Origin: the human T2T-CHM13v2.0 reference genome, Homo sapiens
Direction: 5' to 3' (one strand)
Assembly: GCF_009914755.1 (NCBI RefSeq)
Contig: NC_060941.1
DNA: 64,000 bases
Shown: piece by piece, positions 1-20,875 of the stretch
How the letters are laid out: each line of letters opens with the position of its first letter
How positions within the stretch are numbered: position 1 is the stretch's first letter
Translations under genes and position numbers: made by a program
Notes under the pieces: generated by a model
What the model was told of the DNA's origin: nothing
Seen by the model: the letters and a program-made list of their open reading frames with translations, nothing else
The model's database searches: none

Positions 1-1
1 A

Positions 2-1150
<1,149 letters not shown>

Positions 1151-1834
1151 AAGTGAAATTTTAATCTTTATTTATGTAACCCTTGATAGTAAAAACTTTT
1201 CTAACCCTCTTATCTTTAATTATGCTGTATTTCTAAGTTGCATGGTCCTTTTATAGAGAGACAAGGTCTTGCTCGGTCATCCAGGCTGAAGTCCCGTGGT
1301 ATGATCATAGCTCACTACAGCCTTGAACTCCTGGGTTTAAGAGATCCTTCTGCCTCAGCCTACCAAGTAGCTAGGACTACAGATATGCACCACCATGTCC
1401 ATCTAATTTTTAAAAAAGAATTTCCTTAGAGGTGGGGTTTTGCTTTGTTGCCCAGGCTGGTCTGAAACTCCCAGCCTCAAGCGATCCTCCCACCTTGGAC
1501 TCCAGAAGTGCTGGGATTACAGGCATGGGCCTCCGTGCCTGGCCACAAATATTTAAGTTCTTATTCTTCTATCTTCAACAGATACCTTCTTTGATTATAA
1601 AAGCAACACAATATATAATTATCAAAAACCTACAAGTCACATAATCTCCATTTTTCCAGGCTTCACCAAGTTGAGAGTACTCATGGGGCCATATTAACAG
1701 TAATACCCAAAAGTTGCTGGCTTTTACTCCCAGGCGAATCTTCTTTCCTTCTGCTCTGCCTTGCCACGTTCGGGGAAGTTCCCAGAAAATCTAAGCATGA
1801 TTTGGGGGAAGAGTCACTGATGTAATTTCCTAGA

Positions 1835-1853
1835 CAGCCACTGGAGGGCAGCA
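1835..1853 (+). promoter_or_regulatory. Candidate CTCF motif
   Basis: CAGCCACTGGAGGGCAGCA vs core CCASYAGRKGGCRS (1 mismatch) in a non-repeat GC-richer patch. Confidence 0.45.
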
Positions 1854-1999
1854 GCTCCCTCTCACCCCCGACCCCAGCCCTGAAGAGGATGCTGCCATCA
1901 GGCCCAGAGCATTCCTGAAGCAGCAAACTCTCAGTCATTGCATGGAAACTCTACAGAAACAGGGGGACTATCCCTCTTCCCAACTCTTGGTCACACGTT

Positions 2000-2345
2000 G
2001 TGACCTGGGTTTCGTAAAGTCCTATGTGGAAACAAGCACATGTCAGAGTCCAAGCTTAATAGCGGGTTGAGAATGTGATACACAACAGGATGACCCTGAC
2101 AGCCTGCAGCTGGCGGCTATCTAGCGTTCCCTCACGCAAGATAAGCAGTTTTCACAGAATAACAACAATAATCAGACAAGGTCCCTCCGTAACCATGGTG
2201 GAACAAGACAATAACAAGATTGCAACTTACTCAATCTGAACATGAACACAGACAAAGACATTAAACAATCACGAAAATAACCAAATAGCCACCCTGATGT
2301 AGTCACACGAGTGACTCTAGCCTCCCAGGTAAAAATTAAGACACC
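2000..2345. mobile_element. ERV1 LTR fragment (MER31/MER67-like)
   Basis: cagacaaggtccctccgtaaccatggtggaacaagac...tctgaaca resembles recalled MER31/67 consensus. Confidence 0.45.
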
Positions 2346-2354
2346 CAATCATCA

Positions 2355-2645
<291 letters not shown>

Positions 2646-3648
2646 TTGCACTTTGGGGTTTGCAGCAACCTCTTGTTAGTATTTATCCTATCTAGTGGAG
2701 AATTTCTCTTTATTTTAACTACTGCCTGAAAGACACTGCTGTGATACATTAATTTTTAATGTAAGTAGGTGCATAGCTATAATGAAAACATCATAATAAA
2801 TCTTCATACGTGCTGAGAAGATAATCTTGAAATCTATATTATATAAATATCGTCACTTCAATTTATTGTGTACAATTAATGAAGTTTAAAAATATAAGTT
2901 CTGAATAAAATTTACAGTATTCTGCTTTTCCTTTAAGAAGAAGGCTGAATTTATCGTGGACTTTTTTGGTATAGCTATTGTAGATAGGAGTTATTGTCAA
3001 CTTTATGAGTCAGCTAAGTGAGAAACATATTAAATTATTTTTTTATTGACCTGAATTATCTTAATTGGCTCCATCAAACTCACCAAATATTCAACCCTCA
3101 AATTGGCTTTCCTATTCAGAAGATGAAAGCAAACACTGAGAGTAGTTTCTGTTAAAAATGCAATTCCATTTAAAATAAAAGCAGCTGTCTGTTAACTACC
3201 ATGCCATCAAAATTAGGCTATCACTGCATGTAATTACTTTTAAAATGAAAATTAAAGTTTCAATTATTTTCTTTTATTCAGTGAGGTTAAAAGACATTTT
3301 CCCTCTCCAATTTTTAATGTATATTATTTAATAACGATAAATAGAAATGCCAAAATTTTTAAAGGATAAAATGAAGAATATTAAGCATCGTTTATTGTTG
3401 CCTAATATTAATAAACCTACTGAGCTTAAAATGTATTTGAGTTATTTCAAATGGAATCATTTTTCCTAGACTGTGTGCTCTCTGAGGGTAGGATAGTGTT
3501 TTGTTTCTCCACGGTTTCAAGTTTTATCCAGAAAAACAGGGTTGTCGAATATTCTGTATGAATTGTTTTTCGAACTTCAAGAAACTTCTTGTATGGCCAC
3601 AAAAGTAATATCATCTATACACTTATAAGAAAATATTAATATATTTTA

Positions 3649-4053
<405 letters not shown>

Positions 4054-4324
4054 TCATGAGAAGAATATATATATATGAATGATAGTAGTTGAACAGCACA
4101 TTGGGGTAAATTGACAAGACTGCTCTCAGCAGAAGGCAATAACCCAGGGCAGGCACTGCGCACCTGAGACATCCACCAGAACTCCCAAGAGTTTAAAGTG
4201 TTCAGAAATGTGCTCGAGCCAGCTCCTACCAGATCCCAAGAGCCAAATGTGTATATATCTTCCCCAATTTGCACTTAATGACAGCTTGCTGGTAGTCTGA
4301 AATTGTCCATGGTAGGAGTACTTA

Positions 4325-5077
<753 letters not shown>

Positions 5078-5080
5078 TAA

Positions 5081-5385
<305 letters not shown>

Positions 5386-5599
5386 AAAACATTCTATGTC
5401 AAGCTTGAGTAAAATAAATTTTAGAGTAAATCCACCTTGAGGCTAGAACATCATGTGTAAACACTAGCAACTAACTATAGATAAGACAATATGGAGGGAG
5501 GAAAACCTCAGTGAAATTTAAGTTTCGCCCAATCACCTTACAAATGAAGCTCAATTCACAAGTCCCATAGTCTCAGACAGAGCTGTCAGTACATTCTTA

Positions 5600-6250
5600 G
5601 TTCTGTAGCCCCCTACATACAAGTGAGAAAGAAAGTTTTTATCATTAAAAAACAGAGACCAAAACAAATAAACAGGACAACAAAATGTAGAGGTATTGAG
5701 ATAATGCAAGAAGTAAAATAAATAAATAATAAAACTGTTAAAGACGTCTTCAGAGAGATAAGAGAAGATACGCACTTATGAAATAATACAGAGCCCTTGG
5801 AAATTGAACATATAGCAGGAGCAAAAACTTTAATAAAGGAATTGGAAGATGAAATTGAAGACTCTTTTAGAAAGAAGAAAAAAAAGACAAGAAAGTGGAA
5901 ATTGAAGAGAAAAAAAATAAGGAACCTATTGGATCACTGCAGAATGTCCAATACCTGCCTATAATGTGAAATCCTGCATGGCAAGGATTTTGTATGTTTG
6001 ATCATTGCGTAGAATAGAACCAGACACACAGTAGGCCATCAATAAATAGTTCTGCAAGAAATCAATTTTCAGAGTGTAAGGATCCACTCAGAACAAGAAT
6101 GGGGAAAGACTCATGCCAACACACACGATTGTGAAACTTCAGAACATCAGAGACAAAGGGATCTTCAAAGCCTCTGGAGAGGAGAAAAAACACATACTCA
6201 AGGATCAAGAGTCAGATTGGCTTTGAACTTTAGAATAGCAAAGTTGGAAA
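5600..6250 (+). mobile_element. Old L1 (L1ME-like) ORF1-region fragment
   Basis: A-rich degraded ORF1-like sequence (ttggaagatgaaattgaag..., gtgaaacttcagaacatcagagacaaagg...). Confidence 0.55.
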
Positions 6251-6649
6251 CATTATATTCCAGTAAGGAGTCATCCTGCACTTTTTATACATTCTTTCAA
6301 ATGTCCAGTGATACAGAGAAACCTTTTTCATTCACCCCCAGTGACAGAGCAATCTTGAATATCTTGCAAGATTACACCTTATTTGCAAGCACATATGTGA
6401 ACTAAATTCTTTCAAAATATTGTCATCAAAAATGATTAGCAAAGCAAGTTAACGTCTAAAGTTTTGTGGCTTGATATTAACTCCTTGGTGCTCAATTAAA
6501 ATAAAACCCATTTATTATTCAGTCTATTTTGTGTTCCTTCATTGCATGCAATTGCAACAAGTAGACATTGGAGGCAAAAAGTAAGATTACATAACACAAA
6601 ATAGATTCTCAAATGTTCCTCCAACAAAGCAGAAACGAATAATGCTTAC

Positions 6650-6774
6650 CTCTGGTCAGTATTCATGTGGTGACCAGGGTTAGTGGTACTGCCATGAGGC
6701 TCCATGTGGCTGGATTGTTGATATTTTCTGTCAACTGTCAGTGACAGAAACTCAACTCAGTCTAGTTTTAGCTC
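6650..6774 (-). ncRNA. Candidate minus-strand non-coding exon (possibly of an upstream antisense lncRNA)
   Basis: Minus-strand acceptor gacttcccatttccag| and donor AG|GTAAGC bracket 125 nt; another strong donor AT|GTAAGT at 7328; no transcript evidence available. Confidence 0.25.
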
Positions 6775-7110
6775 CTGGAAATGGGAAGTCCAAGGGGTGG
6801 GTCCTGCATCAGGCATAACTGGATCTAAGAGTGCAAATCATGTCATGGGATCTCTCCTTTTACCCTTCTCTTCACTGCTCTTCTGTTTTCTCTGTGTGGC
6901 TTCATTTCCAGGCAGGCCATCCCCATGTGGAAGCAAAGATGGCCAGCAAACAGCTCAGGCTTACGTTTTCCTCATGGCTAGCAATTCAACTCTTGCTTTC
7001 CCAGCATTTGCATCCATCTTTGGAAAGAATTTAGATTATGTCACTTGCTCCCTCCTTGACCAATTGTGTGATAGGGAGAATTAGGCACTGTGATTGGGCT
7101 GCCTGGTTCA
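6725..7110. mobile_element. MaLR LTR (MLT1J/K-like) remnant
   Basis: gtgacagaaactcaactc...ggaagtccaagggg...gcaaagatggccagc...tgattggg motif order typical of MLT1. Confidence 0.55.
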
Positions 7111-7689
7111 TAAACTGATGAGATTTGTTTTAGGGCCAGATGGTTGGTATCTGTGGGGAGAGAAAGGATACAGAAGTTGGGAATCAAGCAGGTTCTGGAT
7201 TTAAACCCATGTATCTGACAGACCCACCTAAATCCCATAGAGTGGGAGGGTGATAGCTTTCAAAAGAAGAGGATCAGAAAAGACTCCTCCCCATCCTCCT
7301 CCCCTCAAGATAACAGATGATCACTTACATGAGATTTTCCCTAGGAGTCAAAATTCTTCACGCTGTAAGATACTAAATAAAATGCAATCGTTTTAAGAAG
7401 AGCATACTTGAGAAAATTATCACCTTGAAGTGATGGACGGCTTAATTAGAATTTAAAAAAAGAAAAAAACACAACCCACGGCATTATCCAAATTACTTGA
7501 GGTATAACATACAAACTCTTTGGTTTCTAGGAGATATGTAAATGATTCACTTGTATTTTTAATTTGTAAGTAAATGGTGCCAGGTTTCCAGACAGAAACT
7601 GAAGCCAAATCTTTATCCATGGAACTTCACAGTGAGAGGCACATCTTAGAGATGAATACAAATCAATAATACAAATTACCCTTATCTAA

Positions 7690-8074
<385 letters not shown>

Positions 8075-8610
8075 TCTTATTTTTTAAACATCTCCTTTAT
8101 TGTACTTTATAGCTTCAGAATTGAGCTGATCAAAATACATGCTATTCAACTTGCATAGTAAAATCTTTCCTTGTGTCTGTCAGAACCTGCCTAACTCCTT
8201 ACTTCTATATCCTTCATCTCCCAACAGATACCAACCTTCCAGCCCCTAAAACAAATCTCAGCCCCAGGAGGGCACTCATGTCCGTCATTCAGAGATTTGG
8301 CACACAAAGTCATACTCATTGCTAGGCTAGCTCTGACATGCTCCAATAACTGGACTTCCTACTTGTCTCCAAAACCAGGCTTTCTGGTAACCAGTTTTTG
8401 TAACTACATCCCTGTCTGTTCCCTGTGCCTGGATCCCTGACTTAGAAACCTACTGAGAACCACACTTTCTTTAGACCTGGAGGCCTGCCTTGTTCTTATC
8501 AGTCTCTATTCTTATCATACCTAGGGACAGAAGGTGTGCTCCACAACTTCAGCCTAAATATCTGACAGATAACTCTCCATATTTGGAGATCTATTCAGGG
8601 AAACACTTAA

Positions 8611-9245
<635 letters not shown>

Positions 9246-12139
9246 GGGTACTGACTTTTCTTGGACTGTTACCTAATGTCTCTTGCTGTACCTGCCCAAG
9301 GTAGATTTACCCCCCACCCCACCTGTGCCCATCGCTGTCCCTTTCCATGCCTGTTTTACCTTGGTGGAGGAACTCTCTTCCAGTTCTTGCCCTTCTCTAC
9401 ACCTCTGAGGAAAGCAAGATTATTTCCCATCCTGCTGCATTTTCTCAATAACGTGAGTTTCATTTCATGAAAAAAATTACTCTTTAGGCAGAGTATTTTA
9501 AGTGGATGCTGGGAGAGTAAAGCCAAGCTGGATTGTGTAATTTTTACACATCTTTTGTGTTGCTCTCATAAGACAATTTATACTTAACTTCCTTTATTAT
9601 TCCACATTTTGTCATTTTTGTCTCTTTAGCATCTTTTTCCTCCTCCCCACCCCCCCATCACCATTTTTTTTTTCGATACAGAATCTCACTCTCACACAGG
9701 CTGGAGTGCAGTGGCATGATCTCAGCTCACTGCAACCTCTGCCTCCCAGGTTGATTCTTGTGCCACAGCCTCTCAAGTAGCTGGGATTACAGGCGCACAC
9801 CACACGCTTGGCTTAATTTTGTATTTTCAGTAGAGATGGGGTTTCACCATGTTGGCCAGGCTAGTCTTGAACTCCTGGCCTCAAATAATCCACGTGTCTT
9901 GGCCTCCCAAAGTGCTGGGATTACAGGCGTGAGCCACAGTGCCCAGCCCTTTTCGTCCCCGTATTTTGATAATTGAGTGCCCCTTACCATGTGGGAACTA
10001 ACTCTTACCCATTTGATCCATAGATCTTCCCTAGGATTCGATGTGTACATGTTTGGAGAGAAAAGCTGAGGTACTTAGGCTATGATGTAGGCCTGGGCCT
10101 ACTGGAGCTATCTTCCCCGACCTTTAAAGTCACCCTGAAGAAAGCTTGAAGGCACCAAGTAATCAGGGAATGAAGCCAAGCCAAGTAGAGATGACAAAGA
10201 AGAGGCAGAAAGTCATAATGACACATACAACCCTGTCCTTCCCAGTAGGTGAGCCAATAAACCACTTTTTTTTTTTTTTTTGCTTTGCTTAAGCTACTTT
10301 GAGTTGAATTTTTGTCCTTATAATGAAGAGTCCCAACTAATATAGCCCTGTATTTCAAGAAATTCACATATCTGGCCAGGCACAGTGGCTCACATCTGTA
10401 ATCCCAGCACTTTGGGAGGCCTAGGTGGGTGGATCACCTGAGGTCAGTAGTTCGAGACCAGCCTGACCAATATGGTGAAACCCCATCTCTACTTAAAATA
10501 CAAAAATTAGCCAGGTGTGGTGGGGTGCACCTGTAGTCTGAGCTACTCGGGAGGCTGAGACAGGAGAATTGTTTTAACCTGGGAGTCAGAGGTTGCAGTG
10601 ATCCAAGATATCATCACTGAACTCCAGCCTGGGCGACAGAGTGAGAGTCCATCAAAGAAAGAAAGAAAGAGGGAGAGAGAAGGGAGGGAGGGAGGGAAAT
10701 TCACATATCTAACCAAAATCCACATGTTAGAGGTCTGAGGGCTAAGCTCTTCTTTTTTCTTTCCCTTCAAGCTCTATCCCACCCCTCCGAAAGCAGATCT
10801 GGGGAGGGTTTCCTTGTAACTTGTGTTGAAGCAATGTGGCTTAAGTCCAAAGCTGAAGTAGGGCTTTCACTAATTCTATTCACATCCAGGCTTTCCAATC
10901 TATCTTTAGAAAAAGTTGGCTCTGCCAGGAAGACACTCCTTAAGCCAGTGGTGCATAGGATCAAGATCTGTTTCATAAACCCTGGCACTGCAGAAGAGAT
11001 AGCATAGCAAGCATATGTGAGAGAACAAACCCCCTTTTCAGTGCATGGCTCCTGGTTCCTGCTTCTAATGGCTTGTCCTGATGTCAGCAATCAGGTAAGT
11101 CACTCATCTTTCCCTGAAGGAAGAGCAGGCACGGATAGTGCAGTGTGGACCCCCCAGGGAGTCTATTTCTACAAGTCTCCTTTTTGTCTGTGGATATGGA
11201 AATATTAAGGAGAGTCACTCCCTCTGCCTCCCCATTTCTTGGGTTCTGATCCCCTTTTCTCTGGTAATAGCACCTCATCCTAGTTCTTCCCATACTACTC
11301 TTAGTACTGTACCTCGAAGGGTTGCTTTGAAGAGAAAACCCATCAGAATGGACCAATCAGAACCCATCTCTGAACTTTCTGCATCAATTTCAACTTTCTG
11401 TGTTGGCCTCCTCAGGTAATACCATCTTCAAAGTCACTTTCCTTTCCTAAGGGCCTCTGTAAAGCTGTTTCCCTGTGAAATGTGTTTCCTTATCATCTCA
11501 CTTGAGTAGCTTTTTTTGTCTCCCTTTAGACCTCAACTTAAATATGACTTCTGCAACTCAAATTTACCCCTTCAGAGAGGTCTTCCCAGTCCGTTCTATT
11601 TAAACTAGGACTTCCATTGTGATTCTCCAACTTAACCCTTTGTTTGTTTCACAACTGAAAGGAACAATTACTATGTTCTAAGTATGGACAGACATAAGGA
11701 AATGAAACGTATTTGCTGCTAAAAATTGAGATGAATAAGTACATTGAACCATCTTGTAAAACTACATTTTAAAATATTCAATAGGAGAAAAATTGTTCCA
11801 AACGTGGACTGGGATGGAATATTTTTTGGAATATAATTCACAAGCTCCTTCTGGGGAGAGAATTGCATTCCTGATAAAATACTTAAGGAATTTTTCTGAA
11901 CTTTAAATTACGACTTGTTCTGGGAAAACCAATCACCTGGCCATTTAACTAAGTAGAGTGACCTTAAACAAACATTCTTTTGTATCTAATCTAAAAGTGA
12001 TTAACCTTTCTGTTTTCCTATAAAATATTTCTGCCAAGAGTGAATCTTTGGATTGGTCTGCTAGAGGCCTTTTCCTTGCAGTCAGATTGTAGTAAAACAT
12101 TGCAATTTGCTTATAACTAAATTATCTGAAAAGTTTTGC

Positions 12140-12772
<633 letters not shown>

Positions 12773-13344
12773 GTTTTGCTTTTTAAAAAATAACAACAAC
12801 AACATACATTATAGTATCTTTAGACACTATATTTATTCATAACTTCTTTTGGGTCTTGTCCTCACACTAGACTATATAGTTTTAAACTGTAAGCTACAAT
12901 AGGACAGCAAGCAGGTTTGTATTACTTGGTGTTTATCCCTAGGAACAACTTAGCACAGTACCTGGCAAACAGTAGGAGCTGCAGTGATATTTGTTAAGCT
13001 GATGAGTAATAAGTGAATGAATGAAATTTAAATGTGTGCACATTTGCAGACTAGATGAATTTAAACACAAATGAGTGTGCATCTCCTCTTTGTCTGTGAC
13101 AAATAAACATGAAAGAATGGAGTCCTTCCTTTCCCCTCTCTGATCTGTAATGTGAACGTACCTGAGCCTCCTCGGCACTCTGTGATTCCCTAGGAAGGCC
13201 CCTCTCAAATGTCATCTCATCCAAACAATGCAAATCCCACTACAAAAATACTGGAGAGTAATGTTTTTACTGAAGGTTTCAAGGGAAACAGAAGAGGAAG
13301 TTATGAAATACACTACTACCAGCACCTTTTAAATTTTTACCTGA

Positions 13345-14015
<671 letters not shown>

Positions 14016-14788
14016 TCTCTCTTCTTTCTGTCAAATCTGTTCAGCCTCCCCCCCGGTCTTTGACCCTCGTACTTCCTCTCTTCCTCTTCCTCTTTTTCCC
14101 TGTTATCTTCCCCTGTAGGTCTCTTCCCTTTTCTGAAGTGAAACAAGTGACCCCCTTTTGGGTTCTTCAGTTTGCATCTCTACCTCCCCAGTAACTACTC
14201 TAAAGAAAAGCTTTTCTTCAGGATACACAATTAATAGAATATGGGAGACAGGAAGGGATGACAAATAATCATTTTTCTTTTTCTTTTTCATATTCCTTCT
14301 GTCTGAGATTACACAAAGTGGGGCAGAGGATTAATTGAGTGCGTAAAACAGTAGTGCATTTAGCACAAAACAATAGAAAATATACCAAAAAGGCTGGGTG
14401 TGGTGGCTCACCCCTGAAATCCCAGCACTTTGGGAGGCCAAGGTGGGTGAAGCACTTGAGCCCAGGAGTTCGAGACCAGCCTGGGCAACATGGCAAAACC
14501 CCGTCTCTCCAAAAAAATAAATTAAAGAAAAAAATAGCCAGGCATGGTGGTGTGTGCTTGTAGTCCCAGCTACTTGGGAGGCTGAGGTGGGAGGATCACC
14601 TGGGCTCAGTTAGTCGAAGCTACAGTGAACCTTGGTTGTGCCACTGCACTCCAGCCAGGGTGACAGAGCAAGACCCTGTCTCAAAAAACAAAACAAAATG
14701 ATATATATAGTTTTGTTTTATATGTATAACTTATAAATGTATATATTTATAAGCATGTGTGTGTGTACATATATATATATATATATAC

Positions 14789-14893
14789 ACCAAAATATGA
14801 AGCCTGTACTCATATACCAAAATATGAAGCCTGTACTCAGATACCAAAATACAAAGCCTGTACTCATATACCAAAATACGAAGCCTGTACTCA
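14789..14893 (+). repeat. 27-bp minisatellite, about 3.9 copies (ACCAAAATATGAAGCCTGTACTCATAT)
   Basis: Units start at 14789, 14816, 14843 and 14870, with 1-2 differences each. Confidence 0.95.
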
Positions 14894-15059
14894 AGAGGTC
14901 TGCAGGGACAGTCCTGTGTAATTAGACAGATTGTCCTTTAGGGGCACTAAAAGTATTAAATGATTTGCCTTGGCTTTCATTTGTGCCAAACTTGCTAGTT
15001 ATGTAATTGACAACTCAACTTGTTAAGGCTTCTCTGTGTAACTTCTAAAAGAATGCATT

Positions 15060-16334
<1,275 letters not shown>

Positions 16335-17224
16335 TAAGTCACTTAATGCTCTCTCATTTAAGGGGTCTTTTATCGCCTTCCAGATGCAACCTTTCTTCAT
16401 TAAAAAAAATAGCCTGGGCAACATAGTGAAACTCCATCTCTACAAAAACATACAAAAATTAGCCCGGCATGGTGGCGGCCGCCTGTAGTTCCAGCTACTC
16501 AGGAGGCTGAGGTGGGAGAATCGCTTGAGCCCAGGAGGCAGAGGTTACAGTGAGCCAAGATCACTCCACTGCACTCCAGCATAGGTGAAAGAGTGAGACC
16601 CCATTTCAAAAACAAATAAATCAAAATTAAAATAAAAAATATATTGCTAAATTCTTCATTGGACAAGGATGCAATAGACTTCTTGCAGGCCTTCTTTTTG
16701 CCAGTGTGGGCTGCCAATTATATGAATATAGGTCTAAGGATGCTAGAGAAGGAATTTTCAGCATTATACCATTCAAGCAAATGTTCAATGTCCAACCAAA
16801 TAGCTAATTCTATATGGGACAAAAATAGATGGAAATGTGTTATTTGTAGTTCAGCTTGTGCTTGCTTTTTTTTTAAACTTAGCAAAGAACTGATTTCATT
16901 TTTATATCCTGCTCTATTCTCTACAGTGACTTAAAAACACAATATAGAAACTTTAAAAATAGAATTTGTTATTCCCAGTGGCCCAAAAGGGATATTTAAA
17001 AGAGCCTAAAAGCAAAATATAATGTAATTCATTGTAGTGCTGCTTTTAGTGTAACTTGGGGCTTTTAAAAAAAAGATGCATACTGGTTTTTTTTCTGATT
17101 ATAAAATATGTCTATTGTGAAAAATTGTTTAAACTCATGAAATAAAAATCATCAGTAATCCCCAAACCAAAGATAATCCCTACTGACATTTTGGGATATT
17201 TCCTTTCATCTTTTTTTCTAGGGA

Positions 17225-17390
17225 CAGGGCCAGTTACAAGAGCGTACAACCTGTGCGGTCACGCAGGGCCCCTATTCAGAAGGGTCCCACACTTGATTTG
17301 AGGTTCTGTTGTTGCTTTCTTAAAATTCTTAATAATTTTGAACTGCATTTTCATTTGCACTGGGCCCTGCAAATTACACAGCCAGTTCTG
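17225..17390. mobile_element. MER45A-like hAT MITE
   Basis: Degenerate TIRs CAGGGCCAGT/AGCCAGTTCTG; 8-bp flanks TCTAGGGA/TCTACAGA; gcattttcatttgcactgggccctgcaaatta core. Confidence 0.75.
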
Positions 17391-17527
17391 TCTACAGATG
17401 ATGCACATACTAATTATATATATAATAACATATATGTAAGATATATATTATATATAATATGTACATTATATGTATAATCTGTGTCATTAAAATTCTTTGT
17501 AAATGTTATTTTTTTCTTTTTTTTGTT

Positions 17528-17671
17528 CAGTCTCCATAGAGACTGTCAAAAATTGCGAATGCCAACTATATTTCAAGTCATTATGGCGGGGTATTGGGAA
17601 AAGTTTTCAATTAGCAGTAATAGCACCTCGGATAAACCTCATTGGCTACGATACTGCCACTGCACAAAGCT
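17528..17671 (-). pseudogene. Full-length retroposed U4 snRNA pseudogene (RNU4-2-type; possibly RNU4-13P)
   Basis: Reverse complement reads AGCTTTGTGCAGTGGCAGTATCGTAGCCAATGAGGTTTATCCGAGG...AATTTTTGACAGTCTCTATGGAGACTG (144 nt, Sm site AATTTTTG); A-rich tail; 15-bp TSD GTAAATGTTATTTTT at 17499-17513 and 17672-17686. Confidence 0.95.
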
Positions 17672-18487
17672 GTAAATGTTATTTTTAACACATACTATTT
17701 CATCATATGGAAACATAATCATTTATTTAACTATGTCCCTATTTTGTTTTAAATTTTAAATTTTTTAAATTTTGTTTTAAATTGTGTACTGTTATAAATA
17801 ATGATAAGAAACATCTTTTTACGTTAATTAAAAATAGATTTCTGACTATTTCCTTAAAATAACATCCCAGACATAAAACTGAAGGGATAAAAGGATATGA
17901 ACATTGTTGGACCTTTGTATTTAAATTGCCAGATAGCATTCCAGAAATATTAATATTATCAGCAGAAAGTAAGAAATTCTCTTTTCTTACTCTTGGTGGC
18001 AAAGAATATTATAATTTTAAAATATTTGGTAAATGAGTAAGTCAAAATATTATCCAATTACTTTAATTTCCATTTATTTGACTACCAGTAAAGAAGGTTT
18101 TAAAATATACATTTTATTAGTCATTTTTATTTCTTCTTGAAATTGTCCTTAGACTCTAAACTCCTCAACATGATTTTTAAGGCACTTGGTGTCCTACCAC
18201 TCCGGGTTTATCTTCTACCACTCCTCTCCTTCCCATTCCCCACCCTATTCTAAGCTCTAGCCATACTTAATTTTATTTAATATCTACAATTTGTCATGCT
18301 TTCTCTTGCTTCTGGCACTGTAAACATTCTACATACTATTTCTGGATGTCTTTTTCAATATCTCTTGTCTGGTTAATTTCTATTTGTCCTTCAGGTCTCA
18401 GCTTAAACATCACTTCCCCAGAAAGCCTCCCCCACCCCCAGATTAGGCTGAGTGCCCTGCTAGGAGCTCCCAAATCATCCTGTATTT

Positions 18488-18497
18488 TTCTTCTTCT

Positions 18498-18529
<32 letters not shown>

Positions 18530-18795
18530 TTCTTCTTTCTTCTTTCTTCTTTCTTCTTCCTTCTTCCTTCTTCCTCTTCCTCTTCTTCTTCCTTCTTCCT
18601 TCTTCTTCTTCTTCCTCTTCTTCTTCCCCTTCTTCCCCTTTTTCTTCCCCTTCTCCTCCTTCTCCTCCTTCTCCTCCTCCTCCTTCTTCTTCTTCCCTTT
18701 CTTCTTCCTTCCTTTCTTTTTCTTTTTCCTCCTCTTCCTTCTTCTTTCTCCTTATTCTTGTTCTTCTTCTGTCTTCTTCCCCTTCTCCTTCTTCT
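18488..18795 (+). repeat. (CTT)n/(CCT)n polypyrimidine tract, about 300 bp
   Basis: Almost pure C/T with TTC and TCC triplet runs. Confidence 0.95.
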
Positions 18796-19441
18796 AGTAC
18801 ATATTTAATTTTGAAATGATTTTAGATTTAAAGAAGAGCTACAAAGATGGTACACAGAGTTCCCATGTACCCTTCATCCAGCTTCCCCAGTGTTAACATG
18901 TTACATAACCATGGTACCATGATCAAAACTAAGTTATGAACACAGTTATGATACTATTAACTACAGACTTTATTCAGATTTCACTAATTTTTTTCATTAA
19001 TGTCCCTTTTCTGTTCTAGGATCTAATCCTGGATAGCATATTGCATTTAGTTATCCTGTCTCCTTAGTCTCCTGTACTTCATATCTTATAGTGCTTAATG
19101 TATTTTATTACAATTTCCTCCCATTCTAGAATATAAGCTCTGTGAGAGTAAGGGCTGTTTTTTAAATTTTTCATTTATTTTTATTTTTAACCATTGCAAC
19201 CTCAGTTCTTACAGTCGTACAGTGTCCATAGTAAGCAGGTGGTTTATATGACTGAATAGAAAGCAGAATTTTTCCTTAAAGAGTTTCTCAGAAAAGAGGG
19301 CAACACCTTCCATTTAAGTTCTTACGAAATATCCTATATTATGTTACATTCTCTCAATTTTTTTATTTAGAGCAATAAAGTACTGTTCAAGGAACTCACA
19401 TTAGCCTGAAAGGACCTCATAGAATGCATGGATGCTTGTAG

Positions 19442-20730
<1,289 letters not shown>

Positions 20731-20844
20731 TCATTTCAAAATTCAAATCTCCTACTTAAAAACCTGTAATAGATTTGCAACTGATCTTTGAATAAAAATC
20801 AAAATTACTAATGACTTTAAAAAAAACCTTGAATCCTTAGTCTC

Positions 20845-20875
<31 letters not shown>

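Noticed and set aside
14737-14925. ORF with YQNMKPVL repeats, or a CRISPR-like array
   Set aside because: Head-to-tail 27-bp minisatellite with no spacers, in mammalian DNA.
18346-18819. 157-aa Leu/Ser/Phe/Pro-rich ORF
   Set aside because: Translation of the (CTT)n tract.
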